From NCBI GenBank assembly GCA_021825295.1, contig JAKAHV010000002.1, positions 70,189 through 134,188 on the forward strand: DNA of 64,000 nucleotides, given 5' to 3'. Under the pieces are notes generated by a model, which ran no database searches, was not told the DNA's origin, and saw nothing but the letters and a program-made list of their open reading frames with translations. A program made the translations under genes and the position numbers. Source of the DNA: Nitrospirota bacterium. Lineage in GTDB: Bacteria; Nitrospirota; Thermodesulfovibrionia; Thermodesulfovibrionales; JdFR-88. Shown here piece after piece: positions 25,749 through 34,993 of the stretch. Within the stretch, counting starts at the first letter, position 1; each line of letters opens with the position of its first letter.

Positions 25749-27599
25749 ATGAACTTTAGCTTGGAAACGCATAAGCCTTCAGCAGCCGGTCGTATCTGGA
25801 AGTCAACCTGCCTGGATTTTTCGCCGCGTAAAGCCCTTGTGGCGGTGGTGCGGGCCGCAGCGGCAGCCATGATATCCGCATCTGTTGTCCTCGTCCTTGG
25901 GATGCCGGCCTTCGCATCCGGAGCAACAGCAAAAACCCACAAGCTGCCGGTTATCGGCGGCAAGGATGTGGTTGCCACGGTTGAGGGGGAGCCCATAACG
26001 GTGGATGAGTTCAATCAGGCCATCGGGATGATACACGAGAAGATGACCGGGGAGAAGAAGGCCACCCCCATAGATTACTCCAGGATACTGGACCGCCTGA
26101 TAGCGGTGAAGCTCGTCGGGCTGGAGGCCAGGAACATCGGGCTTGACGACCTGCGGGAAGTCAAGGACTTCATGAAGGCGTACACCACGAAGACGCTCAT
26201 AGTGATGGAGGTGGCGGACCACCTGAAAGACGCGAAGCCGGACCCCGCCCTCGTGCGGAAGATTTACAGGGCCTATGTGAAGCAGTACAAGCTTGAATCC
26301 GTTGACTTCAAGGTCAAGTCCTTCGCGGACGAGGCGAAAAAGAAGATGGCCGCGAAGAAGAATTTTGAGAAGGTCGTCTCCGACGCGATCAAAAAAGGCA
26401 TCGCCCAGGGCGATATAAAGGGCAGCCTCACGAAACCCGAAAAGATGCTGATGCCGGTGGCCGAAGAGGTCAGCCGGATGAAGCCTGGCCAGATAAGCCC
26501 GGTGATACCGGCGGGCGTAAACAATTATGTTATCGTGAAGCTCGTCGGGTTCGCCTATCCCAAAGACCCAGCCGCCATGAAGAGGGCGCAGAGGGACGCC
26601 CTGCAGTACGAGCAGGTGAAGCTCTACGGCGCCTATGTGAGCCAACTGGCGAAGAAACACGTGAAGGTGCATAAAGACGTCATGAAGGCGCTGGACAAGA
26701 TCGATTATGCCTCCAAGAAGTTCGATATGGCCAAATTCATGAAGGACAAGCGCGTCCTGGCGGATGTGGACGGGGCGCGGCCCATCACGGTTGGAGACCT
26801 GGGGGCCGAGATGGACAAGTACTTCTATCACGGCACGGACAAGGTCGCGAACAAGAAGATTCTGCAGATAAAGGACAAGCTCTTCAACGATATGCTGGCC
26901 AAGAGGCTCCTGGTCGAGCAGGCGCGCAAGCATGGCGTGGACAAGGCTGAGAAATACAAGCAGATGGTCGCGGACCGCGAAGCGGGGGTGCTTTTCGAGG
27001 AATTCATGAAGAGGGTTGTCGCGCCGGACGTGAAGGTCGGCCTCGCCGAGCTGAAGACATACTACAAGGGGCACATTGGGGACTTTTCCTCTCCCCGGAT
27101 GGTGAAGGTCAGGAGCATGGCCTTTGCGAAGCGCCAGGACGCCATGACGGCCGCCGCCATGCTCGAGAAGGGCGACAGTTACGGATGGGTAAAGACCAAC
27201 GCCGCCGGCCAGTTGCCGAAGGGGGCGAAGGGGGCGAAGGGGGTGCTTGATTTCGGCGGGGGTCTCATAACATTTTCCAGCATGCCGGAGGGCGCACAGA
27301 AGGCCCTGGCTGACGCGAAGGAAGGCGATAACAGGGTCTTCGCCTATTCCAACCTGTTCTATGTGCTGTTCCTTGAAAAAAATGTTCCTCCCAAGCCGCA
27401 GTCCTTCGACACGGTGAAGGAAGACATTTACAAGAAGGTGTACACGCAGAAATTCAACCAGGCTGCCGATGTCTGGATATCCAAGCTGAAGAAGGCCTAC
27501 AAGGTCCGGATATTTGACGCGTCCCTCAAACTGGACGAGCCGGCGGTGTCCGGGGGCAAGACGGAAACAACCCAAAAGACGGAAACAATCAAAAAGTAA
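25749..27599 (+). CDS. SurA-like periplasmic chaperone / PpiC-type peptidyl-prolyl isomerase
   Basis: Lys-rich helical chaperone regions flank a parvulin-like segment (PRMVKVRSMAFAKRQDAM...GDSYGWV). The true start is probably internal (GTG 25839 or ATG 25869), giving the signal peptide ...VVLVLGMPAFA. Confidence 0.6.
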   Translation: MNFSLETHKPSAAGRIWKSTCLDFSPRKALVAVVRAAAAAMISASVVLVLGMPAFASGATAKTHKLPVIGGKDVVATVEGEPITVDEFNQAIGMIHEKMTGEKKATPIDYSRILDRLIAVKLVGLEARNIGLDDLREVKDFMKAYTTKTLIVMEVADHLKDAKPDPALVRKIYRAYVKQYKLESVDFKVKSFADEAKKKMAAKKNFEKVVSDAIKKGIAQGDIKGSLTKPEKMLMPVAEEVSRMKPGQISPVIPAGVNNYVIVKLVGFAYPKDPAAMKRAQRDALQYEQVKLYGAYVSQLAKKHVKVHKDVMKALDKIDYASKKFDMAKFMKDKRVLADVDGARPITVGDLGAEMDKYFYHGTDKVANKKILQIKDKLFNDMLAKRLLVEQARKHGVDKAEKYKQMVADREAGVLFEEFMKRVVAPDVKVGLAELKTYYKGHIGDFSSPRMVKVRSMAFAKRQDAMTAAAMLEKGDSYGWVKTNAAGQLPKGAKGAKGVLDFGGGLITFSSMPEGAQKALADAKEGDNRVFAYSNLFYVLFLEKNVPPKPQSFDTVKEDIYKKVYTQKFNQAADVWISKLKKAYKVRIFDASLKLDEPAVSGGKTETTQKTETIKK

Positions 27600-27622
27600 A
27601 AACCGAAGGACGAGCGGGTGGT

Positions 27623-29611
27623 ATGTCTACTTTGAAAGCAAAAACCAGGCTGGCGCTGCTAATAACGGTGAGTCTTCTTGTTGCATCCGGGGCGGTCCTG
27701 TTTTTCGCGGCCGGCGGACAGGCCGCGTGGAAATTCAAGCAGCAGGGGTGTCTTGACTGCCATAAGGATTTCGGAAAGAAGTATCTTCCCATGAAGGACC
27801 TTCACCCCGGCGTCAAGGACGACAAGTGCGAGGACTGCCACCTGCGGCACGGCCTTATACCCAAGCTCCTTCTGAAGGACATAGGCAACGACCTGTGCCT
27901 GAAATGCCATGAACCGAAGAGTCTGGGCCTGGACAAGAAACACATCCACTCGGCGCTCACCATGGGGGGCAAATGCACCTCCTGTCACGACCCGCACGGC
28001 TCGGACCACAGCCAGCTTCTGAAGGCGGACGGCAACGGCCTGTGCTACCAGTGCCACAAGAAGGCGGAGTTCGAAAAGAAGGACGTCCATCCGGTGATCG
28101 CGTCCCAGGGTTGCAGCGCCTGCCACCTGCCGCACAGCTCGGACCAGCCTGATTTGCTCAAGGGCGGCGAGTCCAAGCTCTGCGTTTCCTGCCATGACAG
28201 CTCGAAAGGCTCCTTCAGGAAGGAGCACGGCGGCTATCCGGTGGAGAAAAGCTCCTGCACAATGTGCCATAACCCTCACTCCTCGTCCAACCCGGACCTG
28301 CTCAAGACCAGCGTGCATAATCCGGTGGAAAACGCCGAGTGTTCAATGTGCCATGTGCCGGCCGGCTCGGCCAAACCCTTTGATGTGACCAAAAAGGGCA
28401 GCGAGCTTTGCTATCAATGCCACGACAAGCAGCAACTCACGGCCGGAGGCACCGTGGAACACAAGCCGTTCGAGCAGGGAGCATGCCTTTCCTGCCATAA
28501 CCCGCACGCCTCCGAAAACGGCAAGCTCCTGTTAAAAAACGGCAACAGGCTTTGCCTGTCCTGCCACAAATCCATGGCCACGCCGGTATCCGATAACCAT
28601 GCCCCTGTACAGAGCAAGACGGGATGCCTCTCATGCCATCAGCCGCATGCCTCCAAAAACGACAATCTGCTCGTGCAAAAGGGCGAGGCCCTGTGTTATA
28701 GCTGCCATGCCAAGGAAAAGGAGGCGCTGAAGGCCAAATACCAGCACTTCCCTTTCAACTCCGGCATGTGCACGTCCTGCCATGACCCGCACGGCTCGAA
28801 CCTGCCGTACATATTCAAGGGCAGGATGGACGATGTCTGCTATTCGTGCCATACGGACGCCCGGGAGAAATTCGCCAAGAATATCGTCCATCAGCCGGTG
28901 AGCATCGCATCGTGCAATTCCTGCCATTCTCCCCACGGCTCCGACAACAAGGACATACTTAAGGCGGAGGGCTCGAAGCTCTGCGTGCAGTGCCACAGCG
29001 GCTTCATGAAACCAGCCGCCCAGGACGGCTCAACACATCCGCCCTTCAAGGAGGGCATGTGCCTTACGTGCCATGACCCCCACGCGAGCAACCTGACGGG
29101 CATGCTCGTTGAAAGGCAGGACAAGATATGCTTCCAGTGCCATTCGGACATATCGACCGGCATAAGCAACGGGACCAGCGTCCATCAGCCGGTCAAGGAC
29201 GGCCTCTGCACCAAGTGCCACAGTCCTCACAAGTCCAAGCTGCAGAACCTTTTGCTTGCGCAGAGCCCGGACCTCTGCCTGAGCTGCCACAAGGCGATAT
29301 TAGCCAGGATAAAGGGGCCGCATGTCCATCCGCCGGCCACCGGGGACTGCCTGAGGTGCCATAAACCGCATTTCTCGGACAAGCCTTCGCTCGTCGCGGC
29401 CAAATCGCTTCAGGAGCTTTGCGGAAGCTGCCATAACCTCACGGACAACGCCTTTGCCAAGGCGCATATCGGCATAAGCGCCAGCGTTATGGACTGCACG
29501 AGCTGCCACGAGCCTCACGGTTCGAAATCGAAGGACCTCTTCAAGGACGTGGTGCATCCTCCCTTTGAGGGCGGCATGTGCGAGCAGTGCCACATTGTGG
29601 TGAAGAAATGA
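27623..29611 (+). CDS. 26-haem c-type cytochrome (paired-CxxCH repeat architecture)
   Basis: I counted 26 CxxCH motifs in 662 aa. A unit of about 50 aa recurs: H.P(V/F)..G.C..CH.PH.S....LL.......C..CH. N-terminal membrane anchor or signal. Confidence 0.9.
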   Translation: MSTLKAKTRLALLITVSLLVASGAVLFFAAGGQAAWKFKQQGCLDCHKDFGKKYLPMKDLHPGVKDDKCEDCHLRHGLIPKLLLKDIGNDLCLKCHEPKSLGLDKKHIHSALTMGGKCTSCHDPHGSDHSQLLKADGNGLCYQCHKKAEFEKKDVHPVIASQGCSACHLPHSSDQPDLLKGGESKLCVSCHDSSKGSFRKEHGGYPVEKSSCTMCHNPHSSSNPDLLKTSVHNPVENAECSMCHVPAGSAKPFDVTKKGSELCYQCHDKQQLTAGGTVEHKPFEQGACLSCHNPHASENGKLLLKNGNRLCLSCHKSMATPVSDNHAPVQSKTGCLSCHQPHASKNDNLLVQKGEALCYSCHAKEKEALKAKYQHFPFNSGMCTSCHDPHGSNLPYIFKGRMDDVCYSCHTDAREKFAKNIVHQPVSIASCNSCHSPHGSDNKDILKAEGSKLCVQCHSGFMKPAAQDGSTHPPFKEGMCLTCHDPHASNLTGMLVERQDKICFQCHSDISTGISNGTSVHQPVKDGLCTKCHSPHKSKLQNLLLAQSPDLCLSCHKAILARIKGPHVHPPATGDCLRCHKPHFSDKPSLVAAKSLQELCGSCHNLTDNAFAKAHIGISASVMDCTSCHEPHGSKSKDLFKDVVHPPFEGGMCEQCHIVVKK

Positions 29612-30981
29612 AAGGAGAAGGGGCCAAGTTGAGGTTTTTTACCAGATCGCTGTTTGTCCCGCTCATAATGGCACTTTGCCTGGCCGGACTCGGCGCCGTG
29701 GGCTTGATCAGGGCCGCACGGGCCGACGACGCCAGTTATCTTCTAAAACCCGGCGCCAGGGGGAAGGTGTGCCTCACATGCCATGATGATTTTGCCGCCA
29801 AGCTGAAGGACGCCTACGTGCACACGCCCGTCAAGGACGGGGACTGCACCGGATGCCACAGTCCGCATGCCTCCTCCCACGGCAAACTGCTGTCGGCCTC
29901 CACCCGGGGCATCTGCTTTACCTGCCACCCGGATATAGTCCCCCAGAATGCGGTAAGCACGCATCCGGTGGCGGCTGAGGGCCATTGCGTAAAATGCCAC
30001 GACCCCCACGCGTCAAACAACCCGTTTCATCTGCTGAAGTCCGGCAACGAAGTTTGTTTCCAGTGCCACAAAAATATGGAAAAGAGGGTTTCCACGGTCA
30101 AGTTCAAGCACTGGCCGGTCGAAAAGGGCTGCACCAATTGCCACAGCCCTCACGGGTCGGCGGCATCGGACTACCTGCTTGTAAAGAAGGTGCCGGACCT
30201 CTGCCTGGGCTGCCACAAGATAGACAGCCCGGAGATCGCGAAACAGCACAATAACTACCCGGTGCAAAACGCACGCTGCACTACCTGCCATAATCCGCAC
30301 GGCTCGAACACGGCGGGCATCCTCTACGACAACGTCCACCCGCCGATGGCGGCGAGGATGTGCGACCAGTGCCACGAGGGCAATGCCTCGCCGACCCCTC
30401 TGAAGGTGAAGGCCCAGGGGTATAAGCTGTGCGCCAAGTGCCATGCGGACAAGATAAAGGACATACTGGCAAAAAACAGGGTCCACTGGCCCCTGCTGAG
30501 CAAGAAGGGCTGCCTGAACTGCCACAGCCCGCACGCGTCCGTCCAGAAGGATCTGCTGAGGGCCCCGATGATAGAGCTGTGCGGGAAATGCCATTCGGAC
30601 ACAATAGCGCGCCAGGCCAGATCCAAGACCAAACACAAGCCGATCGAAGAGGGGAAATGCACGGCCTGCCACGACCCTCATTCCTCCAATTATGTCTTCC
30701 TCATAAACCAGCCGGCGGCTGGAAACGCGAACCAGCCGGCCGCGGGCAAAAAAGTGCTGGACCAGGCGACCCTGATAGTGGACCTGTGCGGCTCATGCCA
30801 TAATTACCAGATGCATTCCACGCACCCGGTAGGGGCAAAGGTGGTGGACCCCAGAAACAAGAACCTCCGTGTCCAGTGTCTTTCCTGCCACCGCGTCCAC
30901 GGGACCGACAACAAGGACATGCTCCATTTCTGGCCCATAACCGACATGTGCACACAGTGCCATACGGAATACAAGAGGTGA
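29608..30981 (+). CDS. 16-haem c-type cytochrome
   Basis: 16 CxxCH counted. ATG 29608 overlaps the upstream stop (ATGA). Signal peptide ...GLIRAARA. Same paired-CxxCH repeat type. Confidence 0.9.
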   Translation: MKGEGAKLRFFTRSLFVPLIMALCLAGLGAVGLIRAARADDASYLLKPGARGKVCLTCHDDFAAKLKDAYVHTPVKDGDCTGCHSPHASSHGKLLSASTRGICFTCHPDIVPQNAVSTHPVAAEGHCVKCHDPHASNNPFHLLKSGNEVCFQCHKNMEKRVSTVKFKHWPVEKGCTNCHSPHGSAASDYLLVKKVPDLCLGCHKIDSPEIAKQHNNYPVQNARCTTCHNPHGSNTAGILYDNVHPPMAARMCDQCHEGNASPTPLKVKAQGYKLCAKCHADKIKDILAKNRVHWPLLSKKGCLNCHSPHASVQKDLLRAPMIELCGKCHSDTIARQARSKTKHKPIEEGKCTACHDPHSSNYVFLINQPAAGNANQPAAGKKVLDQATLIVDLCGSCHNYQMHSTHPVGAKVVDPRNKNLRVQCLSCHRVHGTDNKDMLHFWPITDMCTQCHTEYKR

Positions 30982-30986
30982 TTAAA

Positions 30987-31913
30987 GTGAAGGGCAAGCT
31001 TAAACCGGCGAGAGCCTTTTTGACTTTGGTTTTTTTGACGTTGCTTGTGTTTTTCCCGGGCAGGTCATTTGCCCTGATGCGCATTAAGCTGCAGCCCCTC
31101 ACGCCGGTGTATGCCGCGCACAATGGCGGCCTGCTTGCGCCGGAGGGAGTGGCCGTCAGCGCCAAATTCCATGAGATAGTGATTTCGGACGCCGGGCATG
31201 CGCGCCTGCTTAAATATACGTTTGCGGACGATAAAGCCACGGGCTGCACGGAAATAAAACTGCCCCAGGTGCCTTATCCCCTGAAGGTCCAGGTGAACTC
31301 GAAGGGGGAGATATTCGTCCTGGACGGCAGGCAGCGCAAGATCGCGCGCCTGGCCCCGGCCGGCACGTTCGAGGGATATGTAGAGCCCGCCGGGATGCCG
31401 GACCCTGATAACTTCGTGCCGAAGAGTTTCAGGATAGGCCCGAATGACGATATCTATGTCCTTGATATCATGGGCGCGCGGGTTGTCGTTCTGGGCCCGG
31501 ATGGGAAGTTCATCAGGCAGATACCCTTCCCGGATGGGACCGGATTCATGACCGATCTTGCAGTGGACGAGTCCGGCCGGATAATCGTTTCGGACGGCCC
31601 GAAGGCCGTTTTGTACGCGGCGCAGGCCAACGCCGCCTCCTTTACCCCCCTTACGGGAAGTCTGCACGAGTACATCGACTTTCCCGCCAACATCACGACC
31701 GATTCAAACGGCATCGTTTACGTCTCCGACCAGAACGGCGGCAGCATCATCCTGATCGGCAAGGATGGCTCCTTCCAGGGACGGCGCCTGGGGCTCGGCT
31801 GGAACAAGGGGCTTCTCTATTTCCCGGGGCAGATCTGCCTGGACGGGGATGGCCACCTGCTCATTGCCGACAGGGAAAACAACCGGATACAGATTTTCAA
31901 GATAGTCGAGTAA
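30987..31913 (+). CDS. NHL-repeat beta-propeller protein, secreted (second copy in island)
   Basis: GTG 30987 lies 6 nt after the previous stop. Signal FLTLLVFFPGRSFA. Terminal repeat GQICLDGDGHLLIADRENNRIQIFK. Confidence 0.7.
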   Translation: MKGKLKPARAFLTLVFLTLLVFFPGRSFALMRIKLQPLTPVYAAHNGGLLAPEGVAVSAKFHEIVISDAGHARLLKYTFADDKATGCTEIKLPQVPYPLKVQVNSKGEIFVLDGRQRKIARLAPAGTFEGYVEPAGMPDPDNFVPKSFRIGPNDDIYVLDIMGARVVVLGPDGKFIRQIPFPDGTGFMTDLAVDESGRIIVSDGPKAVLYAAQANAASFTPLTGSLHEYIDFPANITTDSNGIVYVSDQNGGSIILIGKDGSFQGRRLGLGWNKGLLYFPGQICLDGDGHLLIADRENNRIQIFKIVE

Positions 31914-32019
31914 ATGAAGCGTGTTGCCCGCGGCCGGTTCCGGGGCAGCTCAGGCATGCATGATAAAAATTAAAAATTCCATACATTGGATTTCTGCCTG
32001 AGCGGGGGAAGACCGATTT

Positions 32020-34275
32020 TTGCATATACTCGGCATTTCAGCCTACTACCACGATTCGGCGGCCTGTCTTGTAAAAGACGGGCGGATTGTCGCCGCCGCG
32101 CAGGAAGAACGCTTCACACGTAAAAAGCACGATCATGCATTCCCCGCAAACGCCATAGCCTATTGTCTGCGCGAGGGCGGAATCGGCGCGGACGATCTGG
32201 GGCTTGTGGCATTTTATGACAAGCCGTTCGTCAAATTCGAGCGCATACTAGAGACCTCCCTGGCATTTGCCCCCCGCGGCATAGGGACATTCGTGAAGGC
32301 CATGCCGCTGTGGCTGCGCCAAAAACTCTGGATACCGGACCTGATAGCCGGAAGGCTTGGCTATAAGGGGAAAATGGTCTTCGCGGAGCACCACGAGTCC
32401 CATGCGGCATCCGCCTTCTTCCCGTCGCCTTTTGAGCGGGCGGCGTTTCTTACCATAGACGGCGTGGGCGAATGGGCGACCTCCTCGTGGGGCGTGGGCA
32501 AGGGTAACAGGGTCCGGCTAATGTCGGAAATCATCTTCCCGCACTCCCTGGGGCTCCTATATTCCGCTTTTACCTATTTCACCGGGTTCAAGGTCAATTC
32601 CGGAGAATACAAGCTCATGGGGCTGGCCCCCTACGGACAGCCCAGATATGTCAGGCAGATATACGACCACCTGATCGACTTGAGGGAGGACGGCTCTTTC
32701 AGGATGAACATGGAATATTTCGATTACTGCGCCGGCCTAAGGATGACCAGCCCGGCCTTTGAGCGGCTCTTCGGGGGCCCGCCGCGCAGGCCGGAGGGGC
32801 CGGTAACGGAGAGGGAGATGGACCTGGCCCGCTCCGTCCAGGCGGTCACGGAAGAGGCCGTCCTGAGGATGGCGAGGCACGTGAAGAAGCAGACCGGCGA
32901 AAAATACCTCTGCATGGCTGGCGGTGTGGCCCTGAACTGCGTGGCCAACGCGAAACTTCTGGGCTCCGGCATCTTTGAGGACGTCTGGATACAGCCCGCC
33001 GCCGGAGACGCGGGCGGCGCCGTCGGGGCTGCCATGATAGCGCACCACCATTATCTCGGAAACCCCGCGCCTGAAAAAAAATCCGGCAATGACCTGTTCT
33101 CCGGCGCATATCTTGGCCCCTCCTGGAGCGACGGGGAGATATCCGGTTTTCTCACCGGAAACAAATTGCCCTTCAGACGGCTTGAAAACGGGGAGCTCCT
33201 TGACCGCGTGGCCGGATGGCTCGATGAGGGCAAGGTCATCGGCTGGTTCCAGGGCAGGATGGAGTTCGGGCCGCGGGCCCTCGGAGGCCGCTCGATAATA
33301 GGCGACCCCCGGAGGCCGGATATGCAGAAAAGGATGAACCTGAAGATAAAATTCAGGGAGAGTTTCCGCCCGTTTGCGCCGTCCGTCCTCCTGGAGGAGG
33401 CGCCGGACTGGTTTGAGACCGGCCATGAGAGCCCCTATATGCTGCTTGTGGCCGATGTGAAGGGGGATAAACGCGTCGCTCCCAAGCCCGGCGATGAGGG
33501 GCTCCAGGGGCTTCAGAGGCTTGAGACGCAGAGGTCCGTCATCCCGGCCGTGACGCACGTGGATTTCTCTGCGCGGCTTCAGACCGTAAGCGCCGGCGGC
33601 AACCCCCTCTATTATGCCCTGATAAGGAAATTCCACGAAAAGACGGGCTGCCCGGTAATCGTTAATACCTCCTTTAACGTGAGGGGCGAGCCCATAGTGG
33701 CCTCCCCGCTTGACGCCTACCGCTGCTTCATGCGCACCGGGATGGATGTCCTTGTCATGGGCAACTGCGTGCTTCTGAAGGAGGACCAGCCGGACCAGCC
33801 TGGGCTGGCACAGCCGGGGCCGCATCCCGAAACGAAGGCGCGTGCCGGCTTCATCAATGACATCAGGGAGGATGTCCGGGGGCTGGACTTGTCCGGCAGG
33901 AACCTCAGAAAATTCGGCCTGCAGACAGGCGTCCTGCTGATCGCCCTCGCGGGGTTTTCCGCCTTCAGGGGCAAGACCCACCCCGCGGCCTTTGCCTTTG
34001 CGGCCGGGGGCCTGCTTGCGGCGGCTGGGCTGATAATGCCCGGCGCTCTGAGGCGGATATGCATGGCCTGGATGACTGCCGCCTTCTGTCTGGGCTGGCT
34101 GGTCTCGCGGATCATTCTGACTGGACTCTTTTTCCTCGTGATAACGCCGGCCGGGTTGGTTGCCAGGTTTTTGGGGAAGGATTTCCTGGACATGGATTTT
34201 CGGGGCGCCGGGGCGGATACCTATTGGGTGGCAAAGGAAGTCCGGAAAGACAATTCATACGAAAAGATGTATTAG
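32020..34275 (+). CDS. NodU/CmcH-family carbamoyltransferase fused to an SxtJ-like membrane domain
   Basis: TTG start; MHILGISAYYHDSAACLV...AAQEERFTRKKHD N-terminus. The last 150 aa or so carry 3-4 hydrophobic segments of the kind usually encoded by a separate downstream gene. Confidence 0.8.
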   Translation: MHILGISAYYHDSAACLVKDGRIVAAAQEERFTRKKHDHAFPANAIAYCLREGGIGADDLGLVAFYDKPFVKFERILETSLAFAPRGIGTFVKAMPLWLRQKLWIPDLIAGRLGYKGKMVFAEHHESHAASAFFPSPFERAAFLTIDGVGEWATSSWGVGKGNRVRLMSEIIFPHSLGLLYSAFTYFTGFKVNSGEYKLMGLAPYGQPRYVRQIYDHLIDLREDGSFRMNMEYFDYCAGLRMTSPAFERLFGGPPRRPEGPVTEREMDLARSVQAVTEEAVLRMARHVKKQTGEKYLCMAGGVALNCVANAKLLGSGIFEDVWIQPAAGDAGGAVGAAMIAHHHYLGNPAPEKKSGNDLFSGAYLGPSWSDGEISGFLTGNKLPFRRLENGELLDRVAGWLDEGKVIGWFQGRMEFGPRALGGRSIIGDPRRPDMQKRMNLKIKFRESFRPFAPSVLLEEAPDWFETGHESPYMLLVADVKGDKRVAPKPGDEGLQGLQRLETQRSVIPAVTHVDFSARLQTVSAGGNPLYYALIRKFHEKTGCPVIVNTSFNVRGEPIVASPLDAYRCFMRTGMDVLVMGNCVLLKEDQPDQPGLAQPGPHPETKARAGFINDIREDVRGLDLSGRNLRKFGLQTGVLLIALAGFSAFRGKTHPAAFAFAAGGLLAAAGLIMPGALRRICMAWMTAAFCLGWLVSRIILTGLFFLVITPAGLVARFLGKDFLDMDFRGAGADTYWVAKEVRKDNSYEKMY

Positions 34276-34334
34276 AACCTATCTCAAAATTGATTTCAGC
34301 CTCTTGCAGCCGGAAGCGATTTTGAGATAGGTTC
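34272..34334. repeat. Repeat family C, short hairpin copy
   Basis: ttagaacctatctcaaaat...attttgagataggttc. It covers the carbamoyltransferase stop codon and ends just before the next Shine-Dalgarno. Confidence 0.6.
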
Positions 34335-34350
34335 AAAAGAGGAGGCGTCA

Positions 34351-34509
34351 ATGGGAAAGGCTGCAATCATAGCCCAGTATTTCGAGTTTCTGAGGCACAA
34401 CAAGAAATGGTGGCTTCTGCCGATAGTGCTCTTGCTGGTCCTTCTTGGCGCGCTCATCGTGCTGACGCAGACAAGCGCGCTTGCGCCGTTCATATATACG
34501 CTTTTTTAA
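34351..34509 (+). CDS. DUF5989-family small membrane protein (52 aa; too short for the ORF track)
   Basis: My own translation is MGKAAIIAQYFEFLRHNKKWWLLPIVLLLVLLGALIVLTQTSALAPFIYTLF*. GAGGAGG lies upstream. The APFIYTLF tail and its position after a carbamoyltransferase fit that family. Confidence 0.7.
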   Translation: MGKAAIIAQYFEFLRHNKKWWLLPIVLLLVLLGALIVLTQTSALAPFIYTLF

Positions 34510-34609
34510 AATGAAAAAAACTCCCTGCATCAGTTTATTCCAAGGGGACCAGTCCCAAAGGCACCAGCTCCCCTGCCGGGGGAAAGACCAATGGATAAGG
34601 CAAAAAAGA

Positions 34610-34899
34610 GGCTCTTCAGGGTTTAGTATGGGTGTAAAATAGTTTTTTTTGAGGAAGATGGCAGGGGCACAGGGTTGAGAGGGCGGGGAAGGCTGTTATC
34701 TCCTCTCCCTCGAGGGGAGAGGCAGGGAGAGGGGTGCTTAATAATGAGAGGGTGCTTAATAATGACTGACAGACTGATTGGTTATGCTAAAGAGCTGAGA
34801 ACCCATTCCACGGATGCTGAGCGATTATTATGGCGTCATTTACGGGCAAAGCGTTATCCCTCCCCTCAAGGGAGGGGGAATACCCACAGAAAACCCGGT
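34610..34899 (+). repeat. Repeat family D copy 1 (contains a DUF559-type N-terminal gene remnant)
   Basis: It is the reverse complement of 37934-38195, which I read through base by base. It encodes only [31 protein letters not shown]... followed by GC-rich filler. Confidence 0.7.
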
Positions 34900-34993
34900 A
34901 GAACCCAAAATAAAGAAGGGCGGGCGGGGGGCATCCGCTTTACTTTATTCCGTTTATAATTTATGCTTTATGTTTACAGGAGGTATTTTCCCG

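Noticed and set aside
23062-27575. 603-aa and 590-aa minus-strand ORFs (23062-24873, 25803-27575)
   Set aside because: They are antisense to the OMP, lipoprotein and PPIase genes and have a biased Arg/Gly/Pro/His composition. They are GC-rich frame artefacts.
34675-34993. ORFs 34675-34959 and the 5' part of 34814-36436 (DUF559-like [30 protein letters not shown])
   Set aside because: Only the first 35 residues or so of a DUF559-type protein are present, embedded in a dispersed repeat. The remainder is GC-rich filler, so this is a gene remnant and not a functional CDS or the gatA N-terminus.
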